A stretch of 64,000 nucleotides of DNA from Vezdaea acicularis. Its lineage: Eukaryota. Positions 1 through 12,000 of the stretch are shown here, piece after piece; the first letter of the stretch is position 1, and every line of letters begins with the position of its first letter. A program made the translations under genes and the position numbers. The stretch covers positions 1 to 64,000 of the forward strand of contig JAPEUI010000068.1 of NCBI GenBank assembly GCA_026025075.1, read 5' to 3'. The notes under the pieces were generated by a model. That model was not told the DNA's origin. It saw only the letters and a program-made list of their open reading frames with translations, and did no database searches.

Positions 1-54
<54 letters not shown>
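1..54. repeat. poly-G homopolymer at window edge
   Basis: 54 consecutive G, truncated by the window start; may be a sequencing or assembly artefact. Confidence 0.9.
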
Positions 55-55
<1 letters not shown>

Positions 56-788
56 ATTGTCTGGATGGGTGGAAGATGTGGCTGGAGCTTTAGTGGGGAG
101 TGGTGGGTGAGCTGATGCGCAGAGTGTTGATCATAGGAGGGTTATCGCATCAGGCTGTGCTGCTGTAGGTACTCCGTAGATATGGGTTCTTCTCCAATCG
201 GTCAACACCATCATCCATTTCCTACACATCAACCCCGTGTGAGATATATGACCAGATTCTCCGCCCGCGAACGCCGCTTCATATCGTGGAGCTCGAAGTT
301 CGGGGCTGGCCGTTGATTTGGCTAATGCTCGCGGCGTACAAAGACGGAGCTATAGCTGTGACATTCAAAATTTACGATTATGGCAGTTGGGGGCAGGGAT
401 AGATGGGGCTTCGTGGGCTTTCTTGGTCTCGTACGATGGTGACGGGCTTGGGGCGTTAGACGGATGGATACTTCGGATGAGGTCGTGTAGGTCTGAAGCC
501 GCTTTACAAGTATTTGCCTAAGAGGGTCTTCTCGGCATTATTTCCATTTCTGATCTGAAGATGCGGCTTGAGTGCAGCTCTATCTAGTTTCTAGAGCTTA
601 AACCCCCTCAAGGTATTGACAGAGGAAGAACGAGAAGAACCAAGCGTGGGGGAGACCAACCCCTCAAACCCGAAGAGTTCAAAACCAAACTCCATCGCGT
701 TCTGGAGTTTAGGTATCCCCATATATGCCCTCAAAACAAACCGTATGAAGACAGAAATTGCAGACAAATCCAACAACAACAACAACAA

Positions 789-2964
789 TTATTTTAGCCA
801 GACCCAGATGAACTCCAAGATCCTCACAGCATTTTCGCGACAGAAGAACTGCTTTTTATTCGCGCGATGTAGGCGGCCCTTCCGCTTGCTAAGATCCGTC
901 TCTTCAGTTGCGACGGGGTTGGAGATATCCATGGTGGCGCGCCTCGACCAGCGAAGCGGGTTCCACTCGCGCTCGTCCTTGACGTGGTAGGCTGCGATGA
1001 GGACGAAGAAGATGAGGACGCTGATGTATGAGGCAACGAAATCGGCGAAGCTGAAGGGATGTAAGAACGATCGCCACCCGTTGAAGATTGCAAGCACGAC
1101 GCATGCGCAGAGGCCGTAGGCGGCGCGCATCCATTGGAGATGCGATTTGTAGGGATAATCGCTGGCGTTGCGGTTCAGGAATGTGCCGTTGTCAGTCGTG
1201 ACAACAATGTCTTCGTCGACATCGCCATTTATTGTGCTGTGCAACACTTCGTTAGCATGATTCACAGATACTTGGAGAATACATCAATTGAATGGCAGTA
1301 CGAACCGACTCTTGAAACTGAGAAAAGCCCCGCAGACACAGGCGTATACAATCAACATAGATGCCGTTGAGTTTATTGCCATGCGGCCCAATATCTGATT
1401 TCAACCAACATGTCAGCAGGGCATCGTAGGTGGAAACTTTTGGGGCCCGCCTGTGTAGGGTGGTCTTTCGAGCAAAGCTCTAGAGAGAAGGATGACGCTT
1501 AAACGAAAGTCACGAACCTGTGCTGGAAAGGGTTTGACAGCTAAGAATCCCAAGAACCCAAACATCCAGCTAAAGAACACAGCAGCCACTGGAACACCTT
1601 TATCGGATGTCTTCTCCAATCTACTCTTGAAGGAATCAGCCCAAGCCGCCTCTGGCCAGACGTTTCGGATATTCGCAAGGGCGTGCAGTAGTCGAGAAGA
1701 GATGTAAAGAGCGTTGATGCCGGTTGATAAAGCTGAGAAGATGAAGAATGCGTTCAAGAAATGCGGCCAGCCCCTAACTTTGTTGCGCACACACGCTATG
1801 ATTATCGCAGAGTATTCTCCTCGTCTGATCGAGTTTATGCTGTAATCGCGGAGGTTTGGGTCATCGTAAGGGACATTGAGCCCCGAAGTGAACACTACGA
1901 GCGTATAGAGCACAATGACACGAAGAGAGATCTTTCTTGTACCCAGCTTGATGCTCTCGTCTTTATCAAGATCTTTATTCTCTGCAGCGGTGACCGCGAC
2001 AGTGAAAAAGCCCTGGACAGAGAAGAAGATCGTGTTTATTGCAGACCACATGCCAATCAGCCGACCCGTACCGCTAGTGTAGACATAATTTTGAGTGGAG
2101 CTCGCCGTTGTGGTGTTACTCGAGAAGAATCCATAGGGGGACTGATAATACCTAAATCGACTTGGATTGTCACCAGTACCTGCACTCCGCGCGTTTATCA
2201 CGACGTTGAAAAGAATGATGCCGCAGATGACCGTCATCTTGAAACACCCGAAAATATATTCCAGCTCGCCATAGGCACGAACTGGAAGTAGATTGATGAG
2301 AAGAATCATGATGAGCACCATTCCTACCCAAACAGCCGGGCTTGTGGTTTGCCCGAAATGCCATCCAAGAGTAGGTTCCGGGTATCCGACCGCTTTTAGA
2401 TAGTCTGGCGCGAACTCAAAATTAAAGAGTTGGGCCACCGCAGTGATTTCAGTCGCAATGACGATAACGTACGCAAACCTGGAAGATATTAGCTACAGGC
2501 TTGTCATCATATAAGAATTATGGTCATCCTTCATACCATGCCATCCACCCGACCGCGAAACCAACACTCTCATCGACGAAACGACTGGGAAAGTCTATTA
2601 TTGGCCCCTTCACTGGGAAGGCGGCCGTCATTTCCCCCAAGGAAGCAACGGCCGACCAGAGCACAGAGCCTATCAACAGATAGGCCATGACCGCACCGCC
2701 CGGGCCAATGAGATATATCACCTTGCCTGACTGGAGAAATAAGCCTATTCCAACAGTGGCGGAGAAAGCGATCATGTTGACATGACGCTCGCCCAGTCGA
2801 CGTCTACGGAAAGGATGTTAGAATGTTTTCATCGCAATAAGTGCCACGCGCATTCTGGGGAGGCTTTAGACAGAAGCGACGTACCGTAGCTCCGTGGGGC
2901 CATATTTCCTCCTATTCGGCGTCTTGACCCTCTTCTTCGCATCCTCTAGACTTTCCATCTCCAT
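789..2964 (-). CDS. amino acid permease (APC superfamily, fungal AAP/YAT type), 5 exons
   Basis: Spliced model from ATG at 2964: MEMESLEDAKK...ELRRRLGERHVNMIAFSATVGIGLFLQSG...SLGEM..FPVKG...RFVDES.GFA.GW; many TM segments; GT-AG introns join ORFs 2524-2775, 1413-2438 and 789-1265. Confidence 0.9.
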
Positions 2965-5781
2965 GGAGCTTGACAGTAGTAGATCGTTATACCCCATGGG
3001 AAACTAAAAGGACCCTTTTAACAATTGCGATGAAGTCGGCCGAGCGCAAACATGAGAAGGAAGAGAGAATTAGAGCACCCCCAGTAATGGCCTTGTAGGG
3101 CAAGGTGAATGGCTTCAGAAAGATATGGAAGGGTATGCAATGGCCATACAGCAGCTCTACACGTGGAGAGCGGGGACGGTCGTGCCAAGAAATTTCTTTC
3201 AAAATCTTAAGAAGTTGAAGCAAGAGATATCAGAGGATCGAAAGCGCTGATGAGAAAAAGAGGAATTGACAAGGCTGAAGATCTCTTTTCTGCAAGGGGC
3301 ATCCCCCACCATGACCCCGAACGACCCAAAGCCGACGAGGCAATCGTCGACAAGGCCAAATTTGGCATTGCAAGCTTATGGAGTCAGTTGTAAAAATGGG
3401 GCGTACGGTATGCGGCGTGCAGATGTCCGGTGGTGCATGGCGTGTTGCGCACAGACTAATTGGTCCAGTCCTGGAGCGCTTGAGAGGGCCCCCCCTGCAG
3501 CTAGAACCCGCCATCTTGCACTCCGGGCGCTCGACCCTTGACGTGTGCGACCTTTCGCAGCCGCTAAGGCCAGAGGACTCTGCACAAGGCTGACATGATC
3601 GCTCTATTTGGGCCTTTGCCGCATGCTAATTGGCACTGGAAATCGAGTTGCGAGCAGCGAGTCCACAGAATGGATCCTTTGAGCTAATCATCTGCCTTCG
3701 TCGGTGAATCGTCGACGCATCGGCGCGGCAAACGCCGGAAGGCGCGGAACTTTCCCTGGGAAAGGTGGGTCGCACGGATCACGCTCGGGTCACGCGCTGC
3801 GATAGGCTGCCGCAGCAAGCTCACATGTGGGGAGCCTCACTCGATGACCCGATCGGGCATGGCCAATGTCAGCACCCTAAACATGAAACAAAGTCCTTGC
3901 TGTAGCAGATGTCGGTGTCGCTCGTAAGTCCAATCGTCCAAAGCAGTTGGTGCAACGTAGTTGAATGCCACACAGTATGATTTCCCTTCACCAGATGACT
4001 TGATCACGTGGAGTCCACCAGGATCCTTGCTCCTCTGTACATACCACCAAGTCATCGATGGAAGCGCAATCAACATCGAAGCAAACACGCTGATCTTGAG
4101 AGCACCTAGTATGAAATCCCGAGGGTAGCAGAATCGTTATCGGTTCGTTTTGCGAGTGCCCACCACCAACAGGAACGCGGCAACCTCTTCCACCGAATAT
4201 CTGGTTGAAACGGGACGACACGCTACAGTGATAGGGGGCTTTTCTACCGAGAATACCACGTCATGTAGTGAAACAGCAGACCTGACCCTCAGAATTGGGC
4301 ACCGTGATTGGAGATATGTACGTTGCAGGTCAAGCCCGAGAGATGGTGTGACAAAAATAGATCTTGCATAACCGAATCGTGACCTGTGCCGCAGCCGAAA
4401 CAAGCCATTGAGGAACGTTCAAGGGCTGTTCAGGAACATGCCCTCGATAATCATGACTTTTGCTTCGATTGCGAGCATAATGCATCTCACCTCTCTCACG
4501 GCATGATTTCTCTTGACGCGGAAAGTGGCGACTCATCCACAAACGGGAGACTGGAAGCAGAGTTGGACGGTACTCTGATTTGTTTGTCTCTGCAGACTGA
4601 GTTGCGGCCAAAGGCTCAATGATGTGAATGACGACTCGGAAGAGACATCGCCGCTGAAGATGTGGCATTACAGCGCATCATGCTGCAGTCGATTACGTCG
4701 ATTGAAGAAACTGGTTCTAGAAAACCGCAGCGGTCGGAAAGAGGAATGGTGTCAGATGGAGGTTACGGAGAAGATCGCAGGCTAGGGATTAGCGAGGCGG
4801 CACGGGCCCCAGAGAAACGACGCTCTGGGAGATGCATGTCAGACGCTTAAAATACGCTCGGGGGCCGGTCAATTTAGCCGAAGGGCTTCAACCCGGGTGA
4901 TCCGCTGCAGTATCCCCCACATACTCCTGTAATAGAAGCACTAAGGATACAAGTGGCCATTGTTTCTCTGCTCTGCCTACTCCGATTGAAATAGAAACCC
5001 CAAAGCAAACAGTACTCTGGCGAACTCTGTTTTGCTATCCGTACCGCACGCTTCGCAGTAGAAGAGTTCGTTACCCCTCCCATCGGGCGAAATGTAAGCG
5101 ACAGCGACCAGGCCAGCCCTAGGGCTGAGATCAAGCCACAATCGCGAGCGGTCAAAGAAAACGCGTATAAGACAAACATCTCGGCTATGAGCCGTCACCG
5201 TCGACCTCTGATATGCTGCAACCGATGAGCTGCCATCGGGGATAGATCCCTACCTATCCTATGACGTTGGGGCATCCGCAGAACGCGTACGCAAATATTG
5301 GCTGGCCGCAGAATTGGTACAGTCAGCTGAGACCGAGGGGGCATGAATCCTTTGATATTTCCCGTGAGGCCTTTGATATTCCGCATGAAAGTAGCTGATG
5401 TACGCTCATATATCGCTGGAGGCGCTCGGTGTGTTCGAACGGTGCGCCTCACAACCCTGGGCATAAACCTTCGATACGTCAGCTGTGGCTTGCTCGACGC
5501 AAATTACTTAGCTGAACGCTCACAATATGGGCAGATGAACTGTCGGAGCTGAAGTTTCCTTCGAACTGGTGGGGATCTCTTCTCCTAGAAGCTGTGAGAT
5601 GAAGAGAAGAATGCATTACGGTCGTGAAGCTGTACGCTCTCCGTAAAATCGCCTCTCTTATTAAAGCTGTATGCTGCCCGCCGTTTCTTCAATTCAAACC
5701 CTCTATTTCTTCACTATCACTCTATCTCCAACTTCCTAGGACAAGATCTTTACAAATACAAGCATTCTTAGGACTTTCATC

Positions 5782-6846
5782 ATGCGACTCCAGTTTCGTT
5801 TGGCTGTGGTAGTGGCTGTCCTTGTCGTAGGATGTGCTGCTACCGAACCCGATAAGATGATCGTGTTAGCCAGTGACAAATCCGACGAAATGGTCATCCT
5901 AGCGAATTGTGTCAATGTGAACAACGTCGGTGAACAGTCTTCGCAAATAGCCTATTACTCGAGCACACACAACCCGTCACCAGCCGCCATTGCCAAGGTC
6001 CAAACTCCGTTTGGTAAAACAGCTTTCTGGGAAGGCGGATCACCTATCAGTGCTACCTTTGCTGATGGTAACGTCTTCTCTGCCGATATCCCCAAAGACA
6101 TCAGCATCCAAGGGGCATTCGTTGGCCTAGGCAAGAACAATGCGGGCACCTTCTCATGCTGGAGAGACTGGCGGCCAGATACCTATACGGCCGACGGCGT
6201 TCGATGCTCGGGCATCTACACGTGCGACCACCGTGCGCCTCCAGGGAACGAAATAGAAGTACAGATTGAAATAGGCCAGAACTCAGTCGTTCTCGAGGGT
6301 GACGTGGACGCGTGGCAGGTATTCCACACGGTCTGGGATCGCCGCCAGGCCAGGAGCTGTGACACCAAACCCGTCGCTATTCCAGACACCTCCTGCACCA
6401 TCACATACGAATGCTTCGGTGCCACCGATTGGGAGATCACCAACGCCATGGCTACAACAGTCAACGGCGTCCTCGCCAAGGCCGTCAAGAAAGTAGAGGA
6501 CTACACCGTTCGCGAGTGCCAGGAAGTGTCCGACATACCGCCCCACAAATGCATCGAGTTGATCCCAGTCAAGCACCAGCGCACGAACATCGTCAATCAT
6601 GGCCGCTTGGACGTGACCAATGTCTCTCCTGCTGGCTCTGGAATCCCCAACTCGCTAGCTGGCTGGTTGACATACGATATCTCGTGCCCTACGGCGCATG
6701 GGAACTGTGCAGGATGCAAGGCGGCGGAGCTCTTCCTCATGGGCGGTGCGGCCGCAGGCACGTATACAATGAACCCGGAAGTTGCTGGAGCTTTTGGAGG
6801 TCTGAACGTCCTCACCACTGCGATCTGTGCTCTTGGAGGGTGTTAA
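5782..6846 (+). CDS. secreted cysteine-rich protein, 354 aa, unknown function (effector/toxin candidate)
   Basis: Intronless ORF; N-terminal signal-peptide pattern MRLQFRLAVVVAVLVVGCAA; many Cys; hydrophobic Gly/Ala-rich C-terminus. Confidence 0.8.
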   Translation: MRLQFRLAVVVAVLVVGCAATEPDKMIVLASDKSDEMVILANCVNVNNVGEQSSQIAYYSSTHNPSPAAIAKVQTPFGKTAFWEGGSPISATFADGNVFSADIPKDISIQGAFVGLGKNNAGTFSCWRDWRPDTYTADGVRCSGIYTCDHRAPPGNEIEVQIEIGQNSVVLEGDVDAWQVFHTVWDRRQARSCDTKPVAIPDTSCTITYECFGATDWEITNAMATTVNGVLAKAVKKVEDYTVRECQEVSDIPPHKCIELIPVKHQRTNIVNHGRLDVTNVSPAGSGIPNSLAGWLTYDISCPTAHGNCAGCKAAELFLMGGAAAGTYTMNPEVAGAFGGLNVLTTAICALGGC

Positions 6847-6887
6847 TCGCTGTTAGAGGTCGTGAAACTAGCAATAAAAATTTGATT

Positions 6888-7190
6888 TAAAATGAAAATT
6901 GATGGCGAATAAACGGGGGTTCCCCCATAGCTAAATACTACTCAATCGAAGTCACAAAATGGGAGTTACCTCATTGCTAAACGTTACTATAATTGAAGTC
7001 ACAAAACGGGAGCTCCCCCGTAGCGAAATGCTACACTCTCAAAGGCACAAAACGGCTCTGCCAGGCCGCAGGCATAACCTGGAGCAGTACTGTTGAGCTC
7101 GTATGAAGAATACTTATCATCGATCGCCAACCACCTCAGTGCTACTAAGACTAACTTATACTGATGGGGCAAACATGCCTATCGCTCGCT
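6888..7190 (+). mobile_element. degenerate copy A of a MITE-like repeat with three 46-47 bp tandem subunits
   Basis: AAAATTGATGGC at 6895, then units starting 6911, 6957 and 7004 (AAACGGGRGTTCCCCCATAGCTAAATRCTACTCAATCGAAGKCACA-like); CTGATGGGG...GCCTATC at ~7161 matches copy B; homologous to 26893-27076. Confidence 0.7.
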
Positions 7191-7215
7191 TCGATCGTAA
7201 GCTACAGTCATGGTT

Positions 7216-8739
7216 TTAGTAGGTGCAATGCCCACAATACCCACAATGATCTGCTGAACAAGCGGTGAAGTCCGGTTCGGATTCACTGTCAGAAAACGAC
7301 GGACCGCGAACACGCTCTATGTATGGCTCATCTTCCTCCTCCTCTGGCCAATCAGTGGATCTGGTCTCAGATGCATCTTCTCCTTGAGTCCATTGGGACT
7401 TGACCTTAGGTGGGAGAGCGTCACGACCGTCTCCTGCCTGCTTTCGAATTTCTAGCACATCCAAGTCATTTCGATATATCTCTAGCTTCGCATTGCTGGA
7501 TGCCTTCGCGTAATTGATGATCATTCTGACGAGAGAGGCGAGACGCCTAAGAGCATCTTGATTTTCCGATTCCCAACGAAGCAAATCGGCGCGTATATCT
7601 TGCCTACGAATATCTTTGAATTCTCCACGAGTATGATAAGCGACGATGAAGTTTGGAATCTGAGAGACCCAAAGACGCGGATACATCTCGGTCATATCGA
7701 TTTCCGTCCGGGCGGAACGGGTCTTGAGATCGAAAATAGCTTTCTGGGGAATTTGTCGGTGGCCTGGCTCGATTTGAATAGCGCTATCTGCGCTTGACGT
7801 CCCCTGGCTCAAACCGCTTAGTTTAGTGCCCTCCAACACTGACGTTAGGTCGGTTTCATCTTTAGTCTTTTGCACTAAGGAATCGGATTGGTCGGATTCG
7901 ACTTTCGAGACCATATCTGTAAAGTAGCCGTCGCTTTCGAAGCGTATGATGCATCTCAAGCCGCCAAAGTCATAAGTAATCATGCGCTGGCTGTTTTCCG
8001 AGCTTTTCACATCTCGCTCCCACGTAGTATAAGACTCGGGAAAAGTGTGCCCATATCCGTACACCCCCGGTATGAGCTCCGTGGGACTCCTCTCCTTCCG
8101 TATGAAGAATACAGTATTCCCAGCGACCTCAACATCAAATCTGAAAGGTTTATCGACAGCGCGGACAAACCTGAGCAGATTTCCGACGGTACTCCCGCAA
8201 GCGAACAGGTCTACTGTTGTAGTCGGAAGGGCTGGGTTTTCCGCCAGAACCGTACGAACGGCTGGCTCTATCGGATATGTGGGGTACTTCGCCGCGTTTG
8301 GATCTCGGAAGTAATTTCCACGGTCTTGTTCGAGTTGCCGAGGTTCTTGCAATGGCGTCCAAGCCGGAGGTACCCCTTTATTTGAGTTAGTCTCAGGGCT
8401 TGTCGCGTATCACGGGTTACGATGCTTACCAGGCACTAGAATGGTCGGAGCTTTCGTGTTGAGCCAGTTGTAGGAAGCAAGGTACTTGCAATTGGTGATT
8501 TTAGGCGACTGCTCTCCGGGTTCCGAGAATACCGTTAGGTCGGCGTTCTTGATCGAAGCTAATAGTGAACCTAAAGGCTGCGCAGGATACTCAGGCTCTG
8601 ATTTGTCGTCTTGCCTTAGCGGCTGCGCTCGGCGACCGCCCGATGATATACCTGACGAGGCTGAAAATCTGGAACGTTGGGAACCTCTCCAATGGCCTCC
8701 GCTTCGCCCGGTGCTGTTGTAGCGATTTCCGAAAGACAT
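7216..8739 (-). CDS. putative PD-(D/E)xK nuclease, DXO/Rai1-like (a family I recall being auto-annotated as 'geranylgeranyl pyrophosphate synthetase')
   Basis: 2 exons (8739-8430, 8375-7216; GTAAGC donor, CTAAC branch); motifs SYNW..PTILVPG.PP.W, GYGHTFPE, RFESDGY, IFDLKTRS, LWVSQ; C-terminal CSADHCGYCGHC. An upstream in-frame ATG at 8757 is possible. Confidence 0.75.
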
Positions 8740-9069
8740 CTCGAGATAGATGAACACCAGATGTTTCTTGACGGGTCAAGGCCTTTGGTGAAGCTTGAGG
8801 GAGACGATGCGGAGTACGCAAACAGAAGGCTTTCTCATTTACAAACAGACGGCATTGTCTCCACCCTGTCCCACTTGCATTGCATTTCTGCCTGTATGAC
8901 GTGGCAGAACCTCGCCAATCATGCCATTGGCCTCGATAAGAAGCTTGGGTGGTGATGGTTGCATTCCATCCCCCATAACCTGAACCAATTCTCTTCTCTT
9001 GGAGACTGTTCTCACACTCCTATTGCTCAATTAGAAAGAGTCTCAGCATTGCCTTTCTTCCATTCTCAA

Positions 9070-12000
9070 ATGTCATCAAATCCTACCGATCAATCGTCAG
9101 TTCGATCTGCTAGGTTACGGAGTTATTTCAATCAGATACTTCAGGGAAAGCGGTCGGTGAAAAGCTTGAACGATGCAAAGCGGTTCTTGGAAGCCATATG
9201 TGACCAAGAAGATCCATCTGGTTGCATCGAAAGACTCATCGCAAGTGCTGAAGGCTTGCACGCTGTGCACAAAAGTTTGAGAGTTGATGTTTCGCCATCA
9301 TTCCTAAACGGTTCTGGCACGGATTTCATAAAATACTTGACCAATGACGCTATAAAGCAATTATGCAGCGGCAGATTTCTTCAGGATATTATTACCATCA
9401 TCGTGGAACCTCCGACGGTTTGGCACGCTTTCCATAAAGCACATAAAGACAGAACTCTAAATCAACCTGGCTTGAATGCATTTGCATGGCTCCTACTACA
9501 ATTACTTCAGTCTACTAATCATGTTCCACCAGATGTTCGGGAAATTGCATGTGGTGTGACAGCGGACAGGTCTCTTCTCGACTCTCCATCTTTCAATACA
9601 CGCACAATAGGTCAAAAGATCAAGCATGTGCTGGATACGCTATCGAGGGACTTGCATCCCGAAAACGACTATAGACCAGGTGGCCGTCATGACAATGATT
9701 TCGCCGATTTTCGACAAATCTCCATCTTACCTACTACTGATGAGTTCCTGTCAAGCGAAAGGCCATTCTATCGTCGGGCTGATGCCGTCGATGAAGCAGA
9801 TATCGAATGTCGCGGTGCAATCCATTTAGATAATCAGTTTCGACTCCTTCGAGAGGATCTCCTGGGAGAACTGCGTAATGACCTGCAGATTGCCCGTGGC
9901 CACAAGAAAGGAAAACGAACAGGCCTAATAATTCGTGGCTTATGCTTGGAAGGAATCGATTGTGGTACAGATCAGAGACCGAAGAAGTCTAGTCTAATGT
10001 TACGCTGTACGGCCGGAATTCCACAGCTGTCAAGACTTCACCCATCGGAGAGGAAATCTTTTATCAGCATGAATCGAAACTTTATGAAACATCAATCTTT
10101 CGGATGTATTATGGATGGGGACGAACTAGTGGCTTTTGCAACTGTAGAAAGAAATGAAGAGCTTCTTGCAGAAAGCGACCCAGTTCTTGTTTTGCAGATC
10201 TCCGGCAAAGCTCCATTCACTAAAACGCTCCTTGCTCTGAAGGAATCGGAGGTCCTCCAGTTTGTTCAGGTTGATACAGCGGTATTTGCATACGAACCTG
10301 TACTGAAATGTCTACAAGAGAAGAGGGAATTACCGCTGGAAGACGAACTCTTCTACTCGCGGACGTCGCAAGAACGGCAGGATTCTACCCTCGACCTAAC
10401 CAAAATTACCCAGAGGATTGAGGATGCGGGAACTCAAGATCTCAGCTCATATCTGAGAACGCCCAAGCCTGTTGAGTTAGATAGTTCACAAGTCAAGTCC
10501 CTAGTTGCTGGATTAACACAAAAACTCAGTCTCATTCAAGGACCTCCAGGTGAGTTAGCAAACTCCGGAGAGTATATCCATCATCAAACTCACTATTCAA
10601 GGAACGGGCAAGTCATTCATTGGAGCATTGATTGCAAAAATTCTCCACGACCACACCGCAGAAAAAATACTCATAATATGCTATACTAATCACGCATTGG
10701 ATCAGTTTCTTGAAGACATTCTTGATATCGGAATTCCTGAGGAGGCGATGGTGCGCCTGGGAGCAAAATCCACCCCAAGAACCGAACATTTGAGTATTAC
10801 AAAGCAACGCAGTACTTTCACGCGTAGTGCTACCTCTTGGGACGTTATCAACAATTTGAAATTTCAGTCAGAAGATCTTAAGGAGGATATAGCTCGTTCG
10901 GTCTCTGGTTATCAGCACTTGAGCATCGGCAAAAATCAAATCCTAGAATATCTGGAATTCTCAGAGGACGAATCAGATTTCTATTACGCTCTGAGTACTC
11001 CCACGGAGCAAGATGGGATGACAAGGGTCGGTCGAAAGGGCAGAGCCGTTGGACCTTCCTATCTACTCGACCGCTGGGAATCAGGTCGAGACGCAGGGAT
11101 ATTCCAGAATAGGGTCATGAAAGAGCATGAACGCATTTGGGAAATGGACTCCTCTTTAAGAAAGGCCTGCGTGAAGAGGTGGACTTCCGAGCTACTTAAA
11201 GAACATGTGGATGAAATACACAACCTAGTGCAGAAGTTTGATGGTCGTCAAGCTTATCTCAATTACCTCTTCGGCGAGAAAAGCGCAGACATAATCAAAA
11301 CAAAGCGCATTATCGGATGTACAACCACGGCAGCTGCAAAATACGCGCGAGAACTTCAGAGTGCTTCTCCGGGTGTTATAATTGTTGAGGAGGCAGGCGA
11401 GATTCTCGAGAGTCACATTCTCACTGCAATGACTCCACAAACTAAGCAACTCGTGCTGATTGGAGATCACAAGCAGCTTCGGGCCAAAGTTAATAACTAT
11501 AAGTTGACGGTTGAAAAGGGTGATGGCTACAATCTTAATGTGTCTCTTTTCGAGCGGCTAGTTCTGGCAGGAGTTCCCCACACGACCCTTTACAAACAGC
11601 ACCGCATGTGTCCCGAGATATCTACGCTTGTCAAGAATCTTACATATCCTGATCTCTTAGACGCTCCCAAGACCCTAAATAGAGCCGTACTTCGTGGGTT
11701 TCAGGACAGAGTCATATTCTTTGATCATGACCATTTAGAGGTTGATATATCAGAGATTGCTGATCGACGGGATGAAGGATCCAAATCAAGCAAGCAGAAT
11801 CGGTTCGAAGTCGAAATGGTTCTGAGATGTATTCGTTATCTTGGACAACAAGGTTATCGTACGGATGAACTCGTCGTTCTCACTCCCTACTTAGCACAAT
11901 TGCGACTCTTGCGCGACGTCCTCAGCAAGGAAAATGATCCCATTCTAAATGATCTTGACTCTTACGATTTAGTGCGAGCTGGACTACTTCCAGCCGCAAG

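Noticed and set aside
1..54. Poly-G run as a G-quadruplex or telomeric feature
   Set aside because: At the window edge, not a telomere repeat, and cannot be distinguished from a sequencing artefact
2336..2350. 15-bp exact match (CCGGGCTTGTGGTTT) to the tRNA-Ala 5' end at 29149-29163, resembling an att-site duplication
   Set aside because: It lies inside an intact permease exon, and about one such 15-mer match is expected by chance in 64 kb
3230..5552. Numerous short ORFs upstream of the permease
   Set aside because: No motifs or consistent splice structure; treated as intergenic or unrecognisable relic
6911..7055. 46-bp repeats as a CRISPR array
   Set aside because: Units are contiguous with no unique spacers, there are no cas genes, and the context is eukaryotic
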